Assembly: GCA_964582075.1 (NCBI GenBank)
Contig: CAZOQQ010000001.1
Span: 1 to 38,068, forward strand
Direction: 5' to 3'
DNA length: 38,068 nucleotides
Source of the DNA: an uncultured bacterium
GTDB lineage: Bacteria; Fermentibacterota; Fermentibacteria; Fermentibacterales; JCC-6
Shown here: in pieces, positions 19,231-28,270 of the stretch
How the letters are laid out: each line of letters starts with the position of its first letter
How positions within the stretch are numbered: the stretch's first letter is position 1
The notes under the pieces: generated by a model
Seen by the model: only the letters and a program-made list of their open reading frames with translations
What the model was told of the DNA's origin: nothing
The model's database searches: none
Position numbers and translations under genes: made by a program

Positions 19231-20171
19231 ACTTCCGCCTCCCACCATGAAAATAGTTTCTTCAGCCCATCGAACCTGTTAACTTCGGGTTTCCATCCAA
19301 GCAGGGATTGAAGTCTTGAAGGGTTACCTACCTGAAATTCAACATCCGCGGGTCTGAACAGATCGGGATCGACCTCAAGCCTGATACTCAGGCCGGATAT
19401 CTCGATAAGCATTCTTACCATATCACCTATACTGCTGCCCTGTCCTGTACAGACATTGTAAATACTTCCGGAATGACCCCTGTCAAGAATATACCGGTAG
19501 GCCCTTGCGACATCGGTTACGTACAGATAGTCTCTCACCGGACTCAGGTTTCCAACGCGGATGGTGTTATCCCCGTTCCGTCGCGCTTCAATGATTCTCC
19601 TGCAAAAGGAAGGAAACGCGAAATCCCCCGATTGTCCGGGACCCAGATGGGGAAACGAGCGGGAAATGACAATATCAAGGTCGTAGTTTCTGGCAAATTG
19701 AAATGCGGCTATTTCAGCTGCGGCCTTTGTGGTCCCGTACGGATTTATGGGACCGATTTCACTGTTTTCGGTAATCAGATCATCGGTTGATTTGTAAACC
19801 TCGGATGAACTCGCGAGAAGCATCCTTGCTCCGGGACATTTGGAGGCCATATACTCCAGAACCGATACCGTTCCCATAAGATTGATTTCGTACGCCCTGT
19901 GTATCTCCTTCAGAGATTTTGACACGGAACTCATTGCTGCAAGATGTACGATATAACGTACTTCTCCAAGATCATCCGGTGGATGTGAGGGAAGATTCCA
20001 GACAATTTTCCTTACTCCGGGAGGAGCCATGAAATCATCGGTTATATCGGCAGCAATATCACCTTCCCCCAGGCCGAGTTCGTTCATAAGATGGTAACCG
20101 GCGAAACCCGCAGCACCGGTTACAAGAACAGGTTCGTGCTTCATGCCGAAATTGCCGTTATGCACTGACAT
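19227..20171 (-). CDS. NAD-dependent epimerase/dehydratase family (extended SDR); candidate NDP-4-keto-6-deoxyhexose reductase
   Basis: VLVTGAAGFAGYHL, SSSEVY, YGTTKAAAE (YxxxK). GGAGGA RBS; the ATG lies 2 nt after the murB stop. The specific activity is inferred from context only. Confidence 0.65.
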   Translation of the reverse strand: MSVHNGNFGMKHEPVLVTGAAGFAGYHLMNELGLGEGDIAADITDDFMAPPGVRKIVWNLPSHPPDDLGEVRYIVHLAAMSSVSKSLKEIHRAYEINLMGTVSVLEYMASKCPGARMLLASSSEVYKSTDDLITENSEIGPINPYGTTKAAAEIAAFQFARNYDLDIVISRSFPHLGPGQSGDFAFPSFCRRIIEARRNGDNTIRVGNLSPVRDYLYVTDVARAYRYILDRGHSGSIYNVCTGQGSSIGDMVRMLIEISGLSIRLEVDPDLFRPADVEFQVGNPSRLQSLLGWKPEVNRFDGLKKLFSWWEAEV

Positions 20172-20173
20172 TG

Positions 20174-21100
20174 CTATCTCCTCCGACCAAGATACCGGAT
20201 TTCCTCTTCAAGCAGGATTCCGCTCATGGATAGTACGGATTCCTTCACCGTTTCAATAAGTCCCGCGATATCGTCAGATGTCGCACTCCCGGTATTAACA
20301 ATAAAATTCGCATGCTTTTCCGAAACCATCGCTCCACCCGTCCTTCTTCCCTTCAATCCCGCATCCTCTATAAGTTTCCCGGGGGGAACTCCTTCTTCGG
20401 GTTTTTTGAATACGCTTCCCGCACAGGGGTACTCGAGCGGAAATTTCTTTCTTCTCAAATGCAGGATTCTCTTCCCTTCTGTCCGAAGGGAAACAGGGTC
20501 ATCAGTCGCAAGCGACATTTCAACTTCTATGACAACCGACTTCTCATCCTGGAACCTGCTGAATCTGTACCCGAAACAGCAGTCACCAACATCCACAATA
20601 TCCTTCGAACCCCTGCGATCCAATACCGAAACGCTTGTCAGTACATCCGATATTGAATGTCCGTAAGCCCCGGCATTCATAAAAACAGCGCCTCCAACCG
20701 TTCCGGGAATACCTATTGCGAATTCCAGCCCTGACGCTCCTTTGCCGCAGGCAGCCCCGGAAAGGGACGGGAGGTGAACACCCCCTCCGCTTCTCAGAAT
20801 CCAGCCGTTTCCCGAAGGATACCAGGAAGTCTTTGCCATATCCCCGGTAAGTCGGATGATTATTTCTTCACAACCGTAATCAGATGCAAGTATATTAGAT
20901 CCCTGTCCAAGAATAAACCATGGAATTCCCTCACCGGACGTAATTCCCAGAAGATCGGCAAGCATGGTGAAAGAAGAAACATCTATCGAAACAGCCGGGC
21001 CTCCGGTTTTCCAGGTAGTAAATTCACGCAGCTGTATTATCTCTACATCTTCGGGGAAATGCTTCCTTATCAACGAATGCGCCGCTGTGATACTTTCCAT
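20174..21100 (-). CDS. murB: UDP-N-acetylenolpyruvoylglucosamine reductase
   Basis: FTTWKTGGPA, GQGSNIL, GIPGTVGGAVFMNAGAYG, FGYRFSRF, AGSVFKKP, GGAMVSEKHANFIVN, LEEEIRYLG. The catalytic Arg/Ser/Glu contexts are all present. Confidence 0.88.
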   Translation of the reverse strand: MESITAAHSLIRKHFPEDVEIIQLREFTTWKTGGPAVSIDVSSFTMLADLLGITSGEGIPWFILGQGSNILASDYGCEEIIIRLTGDMAKTSWYPSGNGWILRSGGGVHLPSLSGAACGKGASGLEFAIGIPGTVGGAVFMNAGAYGHSISDVLTSVSVLDRRGSKDIVDVGDCCFGYRFSRFQDEKSVVIEVEMSLATDDPVSLRTEGKRILHLRRKKFPLEYPCAGSVFKKPEEGVPPGKLIEDAGLKGRRTGGAMVSEKHANFIVNTGSATSDDIAGLIETVKESVLSMSGILLEEEIRYLGRRR

Positions 21101-21240
21101 AACTCCCGCCAGGCTAATTAAATATCTGTGGATTCAGGACAGAACGCAAACTCACCGGTCTTCCGAAACGATTTCCCGATAACAGCACAACCCTGTTTCC
21201 ATTCGAGGTTTCATCTCTAAACTGAATCTGAAGAGATATT

Positions 21241-22677
21241 TCAGGTTTCATCCGTATCACCGCCTTCCATCCGTGTACCCGGCAGCCGGAGGTAAGCCAT
21301 CGCGGAAACGGTGATAATCGTAGCGATAATTACGATAGAGGCTCTCCAGCCGGGACCGAGCATGGCCATGGCTCCAAACGCGATTGGAGGCAGGACTGTC
21401 AGAACAACTACAAGGAAATTTATAGGGAATACTTTCCTTCCCAGCCAGAAAAGGCTGAGCGCCATGAACAGGTTGGTCCCGAGCGTCGCGAAAGCTGCGC
21501 CAAGGGCCCCGGCCACGGGTATAAGACGGAAATTGAACCCGATGTTGAGCATGGCTCCGAACAGGGTCATACCTGCAATGAACTTGGTCTGTCCGGTAAG
21601 CAGACACCCCGTCTGAGATACAAGAAACAGTCCGTAAAGCGCTACAGCTCCCGCAAGTGTAGGCAGAACCCTGAGCGCCGGAAGAAAATTCTCTCCTCCC
21701 ACCAGAGGAACGATCCAGCCGGAAGACATTGCCAGGAGCAGTGAAATCCAGTTCACCAGAAGCATGAAAAGCAGTCCGGTTCTTCCCAGTTCGGCCAGTG
21801 TGCCGCCGGTTCTCTTCTTCCGGAAAATGAATCGCTTCCAGGCCATATTGAAACCCAGTATCATCGGCATGAGAACAAGGCATGCTCTGCTGGCCCATTC
21901 GTAGTACCCGCTTTCCGCCATATCCGGATATATGCTTCTGAGCATGAACATATCCGCCGATGAAAGAACTATCATGGAAAGCGTTGCGGGAATAAGCGGT
22001 AAACTGAAACCAAGGATTTCTCCGGTAAGTCCTTCCACAGTCTTGTATCGTTTCGAATGCGCGGTTCTTTTCCACATCATCACCACCGCCGCGAATGCGA
22101 TCAGGAACGACGGCGCCCATCTTGCCGTCATGAAAGAAGGTATGGAATCCATAGCATGTGAATAGAGCAGCAGAATCAAAAGGCCGAGAGCTGCCAGCCC
22201 CCTTATCAGCTGGAAAATGAGATACCTTCCGGCAAGGCCATCGGCTCTGGGCAGTGTAAGAGCAATCTGAACGTATGCTATTCCTGTTCCAAGGAGAATC
22301 GCGTGAAATATGTAATCCGGATGCTGAAGATTCAGAAACGATTTCAGAAACCCCTGCAGAAGCAGTACTGCGGCAACCATCAGGAAGGATGGAACCAGCG
22401 GAAAGGTAATCGCTCTTACAAGAATGCTCCTGTGCTGTGATGTTCTGTGCCAGGCCCTTATAAGCGCGGTTGGAAGACCCAGAACCACTATACCCCCGAT
22501 GGCCTCTGCTATTATCCGCAGCGTTCCCAGTTCTCCAGCCGCGTCGGCGGTCAGATACCTGGAAATGAACGGCAGGAAAGCAACCTGAACCATTCCGCTG
22601 AAAACCATGGCCAGTGCGTAGAAAACGGTTTCCCGCGAAAGATCACGGTTATGCCCGGACGCTGAGGGTTCAGTCAT
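21241..22677 (-). CDS. wzx: Wzx-type oligosaccharide flippase (MOP superfamily)
   Basis: Start taken at ATG 22677 (MTEPSAS...), overlapping the upstream stop by 8 nt. About 478 aa with about 12-14 hydrophobic segments. Polysacc_synt-like N-terminus ALAMVFSGMVQVAFLPFISRYL. Confidence 0.75.
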   Translation of the reverse strand: MTEPSASGHNRDLSRETVFYALAMVFSGMVQVAFLPFISRYLTADAAGELGTLRIIAEAIGGIVVLGLPTALIRAWHRTSQHRSILVRAITFPLVPSFLMVAAVLLLQGFLKSFLNLQHPDYIFHAILLGTGIAYVQIALTLPRADGLAGRYLIFQLIRGLAALGLLILLLYSHAMDSIPSFMTARWAPSFLIAFAAVVMMWKRTAHSKRYKTVEGLTGEILGFSLPLIPATLSMIVLSSADMFMLRSIYPDMAESGYYEWASRACLVLMPMILGFNMAWKRFIFRKKRTGGTLAELGRTGLLFMLLVNWISLLLAMSSGWIVPLVGGENFLPALRVLPTLAGAVALYGLFLVSQTGCLLTGQTKFIAGMTLFGAMLNIGFNFRLIPVAGALGAAFATLGTNLFMALSLFWLGRKVFPINFLVVVLTVLPPIAFGAMAMLGPGWRASIVIIATIITVSAMAYLRLPGTRMEGGDTDET

Positions 22678-23758
22678 CGGAAAGCTTTTCCTCCCAACCG
22701 AGATCTCTGTACATCCTGTGAATCTCCCGCGCGACAGAAAGCCAGTGATGTTTTGTCCTGATCCATGGTGGACCGGCCTGCGCGTACTTCTCCCTGAGTT
22801 CGCGATCAAGAATCAGTTCCTTCAGGTCACGCTTCAGAGTATCCTTTGTTGTTAAGAAGAACGGATGGTCAGGTATGAAATTCTGATACGCTTCGGAGAG
22901 ATTGGTAACCGTGGCAATACCCATGGAAAGGCTTTCCAGAGAGTTTACACCGTAACCCATATCTCCGCTCGCAACCTGGTCGATCGCTATGTGACAGGTG
23001 GATTTGATCCTCAGGGCATCAGCGTTTGTCATGTTCTCGATAAGAACAAGTTCAACCGGTACTTCCTTCGAAAGATCCTCTACCGCCGCAATTATCTCCC
23101 CGGTTCCTTTAACAGATCTTATTCGGGGCGCGTGACATATACGTACTTTCCCGGAAGAGGGCGAGGAACGGGGCATGGCGCTTCCGTCAAACGGCAGAAA
23201 AAGGTAATCAACTTCGGGATATCTCCGGTACAGATCGAATTCACATGTCAGGTTCAGGTCGGTGGCTTCCCATACCGGTCTTATGGCTCCCCTCATTCTG
23301 AGATCCAGTCCATGGTAATAGGATACTATTTTCTTGCCGGCCTTCTTCAGGGCGATAACATCCCTGCCATCCCTGAAAAAGCTCATCCCGCCTTCAAGAT
23401 GGTATATGTCGAAATCCCAGAGCCCGTATTCTTCAGCCGCCCTGTTTATGACGGGCTGCCAGAACATATCCCTGAACCTGAGCATCAGGTTTTCAACAGG
23501 CCCCGGGTTCCAGAATACCTTGCCCGCCGCTCCGCTGTACGGTACCCTCAGGCTGCCCGCCTTAACAAATTTCTTCACTTTCTGCAGCCATGGCATGGGA
23601 CCGACAAAGGGAAGGTTCAGACAAATATCCTCTTTGTAAAGGTTCTCAGCCCTGTAGAAAGTGACAAGCCTGCTTTCGTGGCCCAGTTCTATGTGCCCGC
23701 GCACGAACAGGTCAATTGTTCCGGTATAGTTCTGTGGTGAGAGGTGCAGGATTTTCAT
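22670..23758 (-). CDS. GT-B fold glycosyltransferase (GT4-like)
   Basis: Start at ATG 23758 (MKILHLSP...), in ATGA overlap with the upstream stop. C-terminal half shows the GT4 pattern KGTGEIIAAVEDL...VELVLIEN...IAIDQV..GDMGYGVNSLESLSMGIATV. Confidence 0.65.
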   Translation of the reverse strand: MKILHLSPQNYTGTIDLFVRGHIELGHESRLVTFYRAENLYKEDICLNLPFVGPMPWLQKVKKFVKAGSLRVPYSGAAGKVFWNPGPVENLMLRFRDMFWQPVINRAAEEYGLWDFDIYHLEGGMSFFRDGRDVIALKKAGKKIVSYYHGLDLRMRGAIRPVWEATDLNLTCEFDLYRRYPEVDYLFLPFDGSAMPRSSPSSGKVRICHAPRIRSVKGTGEIIAAVEDLSKEVPVELVLIENMTNADALRIKSTCHIAIDQVASGDMGYGVNSLESLSMGIATVTNLSEAYQNFIPDHPFFLTTKDTLKRDLKELILDRELREKYAQAGPPWIRTKHHWLSVAREIHRMYRDLGWEEKLSDD

Positions 23759-25047
23759 AACGTGACTCTTTCTCTGCCGTGACTTTTTTTCAGATACCTG
23801 ATCCCCGCCATGGCGAGCGCCGCGGCCGCAGCTGCCTGTGCCGCTATTCCAGCCCACATCGGAATACCCGCGGATTCGGCAGCGGTGGCTCCGAATATAT
23901 CCGGAACACCCGTGGCGAAATTCCTGAAAGCCGCGATCAATGGAGACGAGGAGTAGCTCCAGAGTACCGCCTGCCGTGAGGACTCATCGAACAAATCAGC
24001 GCCTGATGCCTGTTCAAGCAGGCTTGGATTGCTCCAGAAAGCGGGAATACAGACGATAATTCCTACTGCGGCGATTACCCGGAACAGTTTCCCCCCGGTT
24101 CCGCTTTTCAAAAGAGGAAACAGCAGGAAAGGCAGCGTTGTAAAAAGAAAACGTGGCCCCCATCCGGTACCGCCGGACCAGTCATGAAGCATGGCGTGAA
24201 AAAAGAGAGACAGTACGAATGGAGTCCGGAATCTCCAGTTTTCCCGGAAAAATAACGCGAAAACACAGAGCGGGGCGTAGTACAAAAGACCCTTTCCCGG
24301 ACTCAGCAGAAGCCCGGGTATACCTCCCCGAAACGGTTCAATCGCGATTGCCGGATCCTGTCCGTGTCCATCGATGAACGGGTTTCCAAACCTGTACCAG
24401 TTCAGAAACAGTATCATTAACAAAAAGGGAACAAGCCCGGAAACGAATTTTATCATGCTCTCCCGGTCGTTCCAGAAAAGGGGAAGCAGAAGAAGACTGT
24501 CAACCCTTACAAGAACAGCGAGTCCGAAACACAGACCGGCTGTGAACATTCTGCCGCGAAGAGAAAAGAAAAAACCCGCCATCGCGGCGGAAGCGGCAGC
24601 GGTGACATCGAAAGTCATCCTTCCGTAAACAAGAACCATTCCACCGATGGCGACAGCTATAAACCGAAGAACAGATACGCTTTTGTACTTTATTCCCGCT
24701 GAAGCGAACCAGAAGCCGACCAGAGCAAGGCTGAAACCTGCATTCAACAGAGCGGTCACAATTTTACCGCCGCCAGACCCGAAGTACCCGCCGGCTATTG
24801 CTGCCGGAATAAGCAGGATGGAGAACCCGACGCCATGCGGAACGAAAAGGCCGGGCCTTGTACCATGGACGGTCCAGCCGTAATCTCCCGAAACCGTCAT
24901 GAACGCTCTCTGCCCTACAAAGGATCCGGCAACCTCATACTGAGCGAGCACATCGGTTGTGTACATCCTTCCAGCAAAAACAAGCGCGAGCAGCGCCGCC
25001 CAGAGAAGAAGCACAGCGTAAAGACGGAATTTCCGAGCTGATTCCAC
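23755..25047 (-). CDS. Polytopic membrane protein: GT-C-like (ArnT/PMT-type) glycosyltransferase, or a Wzy/WaaL-type polymerase/ligase candidate
   Basis: 430 aa with about 11-12 TM segments. GTG start overlaps the FemAB-like stop by 1 nt (TAGTG). The first external loop carries TTDVLAQYE acidic residues. SPGKGLLYYAPL loop motif. Family assignment is by eye only. Confidence 0.45.
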   Translation of the reverse strand: MESARKFRLYAVLLLWAALLALVFAGRMYTTDVLAQYEVAGSFVGQRAFMTVSGDYGWTVHGTRPGLFVPHGVGFSILLIPAAIAGGYFGSGGGKIVTALLNAGFSLALVGFWFASAGIKYKSVSVLRFIAVAIGGMVLVYGRMTFDVTAAASAAMAGFFFSLRGRMFTAGLCFGLAVLVRVDSLLLLPLFWNDRESMIKFVSGLVPFLLMILFLNWYRFGNPFIDGHGQDPAIAIEPFRGGIPGLLLSPGKGLLYYAPLCVFALFFRENWRFRTPFVLSLFFHAMLHDWSGGTGWGPRFLFTTLPFLLFPLLKSGTGGKLFRVIAAVGIIVCIPAFWSNPSLLEQASGADLFDESSRQAVLWSYSSSPLIAAFRNFATGVPDIFGATAAESAGIPMWAGIAAQAAAAAALAMAGIRYLKKSHGRERVTL

Positions 25048-26015
25048 TAAACGCTTCCGAACAGTGTGTTTCTGAAAATACCCCTTGCTGAGAAAGATTC
25101 CTTGAACCGGCAGAGACCGTAGTTAACATCCATGTTCAGGGTAAATGTACCAAGATCCATATACTGGTATCCCATCTGTTTGGCCCATTTGATAACTTCC
25201 ATGTAAACAAGGTTGACGGGTCTGAGAGCCTGACGCTCCTGATCATGGGAGATGTAGAATGCCAGTGTAACTCTGGGATTGCAGTGGAACATCACCATAC
25301 CGGCAAGAACTTCTCCGTCCAGAGTTGCGATAAACTGTCTGACATGGTCCTGACCAAGCAGATCGCGGATTTTCGTAAGTTCCTCAAGTGTATGGGTAGG
25401 TTTAACATTATGACGCTGCTGAAGGTTCGATTCCAGTACATGGTAGAAGAGCGCGAAATCGGGATTCTCTTCAACTTTCACATTGTTCTTTACAGCTTTT
25501 CTTACTCCCCTGAGGGCGGACGATCGAAAACCCAGCTTAAGTTCTTCTCCAAGCCTTCCGAGGTCGATTACAGCGGTCAGTTCCCTCTTCCTGTATTTGA
25601 AGCCGCGTTTCAAAAGAGAAAACTCCAGATAGTTATGGGGCCTGCGATAATAGACCATGGGAGGGGAAGTCATTTCCATACCCTTCCAGCCCCGGGATTT
25701 GCAGTAGACAAGCAGCTTTTCAACAGTGTTTTCGATTTTCTTCAGACCGGATGAATCGTTGAATACCGGCCCGCCGTACGATGCTCCGGGATAGGACGAA
25801 AACCAGATCCCATCCTCCCTTTCAACCAGTGCGCCGGGAACAACCGATACGATTTCATTCCTGTTCTCAACTATCAGGTGATGGTTCCGGAACCTGCCTT
25901 CGGGATGATAATCAAGAAAATCCGGCAGATGAAAAACGGTACCGTTGTTGGAACGCAGTACGAAATCCGTCCACCTGCCCCTGTCTCCCGGTTCGGCCGG
26001 TCTTACCTTCATCAT
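25047..26015 (-). CDS. FemAB / BioF2-like (GNAT-fold) acyl- or aminoacyl-transferase
   Basis: 322 aa. N-terminus MMKVRPAEPGDRGRWTDFV..NGTVFHLPDFLDYH and a two-lobed GNAT-like layout (FYHVLESNL...; GEVLAGMVMFH...AFYISHD) resemble FemAB-related proteins of EPS loci. ATGATGA overlap with the propeller-2 stop. Confidence 0.55.
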   Translation of the reverse strand: MMKVRPAEPGDRGRWTDFVLRSNNGTVFHLPDFLDYHPEGRFRNHHLIVENRNEIVSVVPGALVEREDGIWFSSYPGASYGGPVFNDSSGLKKIENTVEKLLVYCKSRGWKGMEMTSPPMVYYRRPHNYLEFSLLKRGFKYRKRELTAVIDLGRLGEELKLGFRSSALRGVRKAVKNNVKVEENPDFALFYHVLESNLQQRHNVKPTHTLEELTKIRDLLGQDHVRQFIATLDGEVLAGMVMFHCNPRVTLAFYISHDQERQALRPVNLVYMEVIKWAKQMGYQYMDLGTFTLNMDVNYGLCRFKESFSARGIFRNTLFGSV

Positions 26016-28255
26016 CTTACTACTGCAATCTTGCTTCGTATAAACTGGTTACCTGTCCTTACAAGAACGATGTAGATACCACTTGCAAGAACCGACCCGT
26101 CAAGCGTACCATCCCAGTGCCATTCGTCCGGGTCTTCAGCCTGAACCGAACCCAGATATCTGCCCGTCAACGTGTAAAATTCAACCGAGACAGGTTCTCC
26201 GGAACCGGACCATACCAAATGCAGATCTTCCTCGGCGGGAAGGTAAGGTTGCGGATAGAAAAGAGGATTGATGCTTTCCACGGGATTCTGTACCTGGGAA
26301 ATGGACCACAGGCCTACCACGGAAGAAAAGAACACGGCTTCATCTGCGGGATCGAAAGAACTGAATTCATTCTCAGTTCTGATCGTGGGAATGTAGATTG
26401 AATTTGAACCGGTGTATCTGGCTATGTCCGTTCCGTCAATGCTGTAAACCGCTTCATCAGTCAAACACCAGACAACCCCGTTGTTGTTTGCCTGTATGGC
26501 TTTAACAATGCCGGAGATTTCGGGTATTTCCACAAAAGAGCTGCCGTTCCAGCGACATGCTCCGTTTCCGGTCCCCGCGAAAATATCACCGTTCGTGCTT
26601 CTGGTAAAACAGAAAACCTGGTTGGAAGGGAGTCCCGTTGAAGTTGTAAACACCTGTCCGTATCCGGGATACCACGTATCCGAAGATTTATCCATCGGAT
26701 CACCGCCATGAACAAGAAGCTGGCAGCCTCCATCCGATGCGAATGCAATCCATAAACTGTCCTTGCCGCACGGAAACAACATCTGGATGTTTTTGTTCGC
26801 CAGACCGTCATTTTCAGTTCTGGTGGTCCACTGCAGGTTTCCCGCTTCCGGTTCTCCCGATACCACGGTAATGCCGCTGGGTTCATCGGGCGTCTGCCAG
26901 AATGCATTCTGCGCAATCCAGAGGGCTCCGTCCTGGGAGGCCAGCATGACAACCTGGTTGTTAAGCAGCGGGGAGACTATCTGAACCACATCCGGTGAAA
27001 CACCCGGAAGCGAATCGGAAACGTAGGTTATTACGGTGTCATCCTCCATTGAATACGTTCCCCTGTCGTCTATCCATGTCAGACCCCAGTGATAACTTCC
27101 GGTCCAGATTCCCGGACATCCCGACTTGGCCGCTGAATAGGTCCTGAGGGTATGCGGCATACTGGTTGTGTACTTGTTAAAGGCTGTCCATCCACTGTCA
27201 GGATAGTAGGCCATCAGGCCCAGTCGATGGCTGCCGATGTATATCCTGTCATCGTCACGGGCACGCTGATAACAGCTTGGGCATGCCATGCTGGGTACGG
27301 GAATAGTTTCCCAGGTTCCGCTTTGCAGGTAACCCAGTCCCCTGCCCGTATCACGACAGTTAGCGCCATACACTCCGTAGCCGCACCATACTCTGCCTCC
27401 GGTTTCCAAAAGGCACGAAACGTACGCTTCACTCGGATACTCCGAACCGTAGGGGACCCAATTCCCGTTACGGTACAGAAGAACTTTCCTGCATCCCGCT
27501 ATAAGGCCATCATCCGTCATCACCAGCCCCTTTACCACGGTTTCGGTGCTGGCTGAATAGTCAAGCAGACGTATCCATCTGTCACCGGACATCTGCGATA
27601 CGCCGCCCGAACCGTAACCGAAAACGGAATCGGAGGAAACTATGTAGATATCATCGATTCCAAGAGCAATCGTTGAATCCTCGTAGCTTGTCCAGGAGTT
27701 CGGATTTAAAATGCTCCCGGTAAGATCAAGGGAATACACTCCCCTGTTCGTCGCGAAGTACATCGTATTACCGGTACGCGCCATATCGGTAACTTTCGTG
27801 GCTTTGAACGCTCCGCCGGTGAGTTCGGAATCTATGGACAGGAAACCTTCGGCATTTCCACGCGCAAGACCACCGTCGGTACCGGCCCAAATGTACCCTC
27901 CGGCTCCGATTACAGAATAAACATAACCGTTGCCGGGCACGCCTTCGTAAACGGAGAAGGTCCGGGCCGTGTCACCCTGCAGCAGAATCAGACCTCCGCC
28001 TCCCGAAGCGATCCATTTGAGAGAATCATCCAGAAAGATATCCGTCGTGGATATCCAGGATATTTGATCCGGGTACAAAAGACTGTCCAGCCAGCCTTTT
28101 TCGGGATCGTACTGGATCACTCCCCCGGCCGTAGCGCACCATATCGTTCCATCAGCACCCGGGACCATTGAGAAAATATAGGATTGGGATGTTTCAAAAT
28201 TCCAGTTGGCGGAAATACCGCCAATAATCAGAAGGGCAATGTTAATCGCAGTCAT
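26012..28255 (-). CDS. Secreted multi-blade beta-propeller protein with a T9SS-type/FlgD-Ig-like C-terminal domain; paralog 2
   Basis: 747 aa with signal MTAINIALLIIGGISA. Same repeat type (IWCATAGGV, KWIASGGGGL, IWAGTDGGL, MYFATNRGV, LWIAFASDGG, IFAGTGNGA). Shares the block IW[FI]AQ[EN]A[YF]WQTP[TD]E[AP]SG with paralog 1. C-terminus FYPQPY...FYTLTGRYL...WDGTLDGSVLASGIYIVLV...SKIAVVR. Confidence 0.8.
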   Translation of the reverse strand: MTAINIALLIIGGISANWNFETSQSYIFSMVPGADGTIWCATAGGVIQYDPEKGWLDSLLYPDQISWISTTDIFLDDSLKWIASGGGGLILLQGDTARTFSVYEGVPGNGYVYSVIGAGGYIWAGTDGGLARGNAEGFLSIDSELTGGAFKATKVTDMARTGNTMYFATNRGVYSLDLTGSILNPNSWTSYEDSTIALGIDDIYIVSSDSVFGYGSGGVSQMSGDRWIRLLDYSASTETVVKGLVMTDDGLIAGCRKVLLYRNGNWVPYGSEYPSEAYVSCLLETGGRVWCGYGVYGANCRDTGRGLGYLQSGTWETIPVPSMACPSCYQRARDDDRIYIGSHRLGLMAYYPDSGWTAFNKYTTSMPHTLRTYSAAKSGCPGIWTGSYHWGLTWIDDRGTYSMEDDTVITYVSDSLPGVSPDVVQIVSPLLNNQVVMLASQDGALWIAQNAFWQTPDEPSGITVVSGEPEAGNLQWTTRTENDGLANKNIQMLFPCGKDSLWIAFASDGGCQLLVHGGDPMDKSSDTWYPGYGQVFTTSTGLPSNQVFCFTRSTNGDIFAGTGNGACRWNGSSFVEIPEISGIVKAIQANNNGVVWCLTDEAVYSIDGTDIARYTGSNSIYIPTIRTENEFSSFDPADEAVFFSSVVGLWSISQVQNPVESINPLFYPQPYLPAEEDLHLVWSGSGEPVSVEFYTLTGRYLGSVQAEDPDEWHWDGTLDGSVLASGIYIVLVRTGNQFIRSKIAVVR

Positions 28256-28270
28256 GTGAGCCGAAACCTT

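Noticed and set aside
21213-21237. Hairpin ATCTCT-N13-AGAGAT immediately after the wzx stop, a possible terminator between the two glycan sub-operons
   Set aside because: The stem is only 6 bp with a large loop and no following U-tract on the transcribed (minus) strand. It is too weak to call.
21257-22120. 287-aa ORF on the minus strand in an alternative frame of wzx
   Set aside because: The off-frame reading of a hydrophobic membrane-protein gene gives Arg/Gly/Ser-rich low-complexity sequence. The in-frame product has the expected multi-TM flippase pattern.
22865-23740. 291-aa ORF on the plus strand, antisense to the GT4-like glycosyltransferase
   Set aside because: Same reasoning. The product is Arg/Gly/Pro/Tyr-rich and featureless, is fully nested in a motif-bearing gene inside a tightly overlapped operon, and has no RBS.
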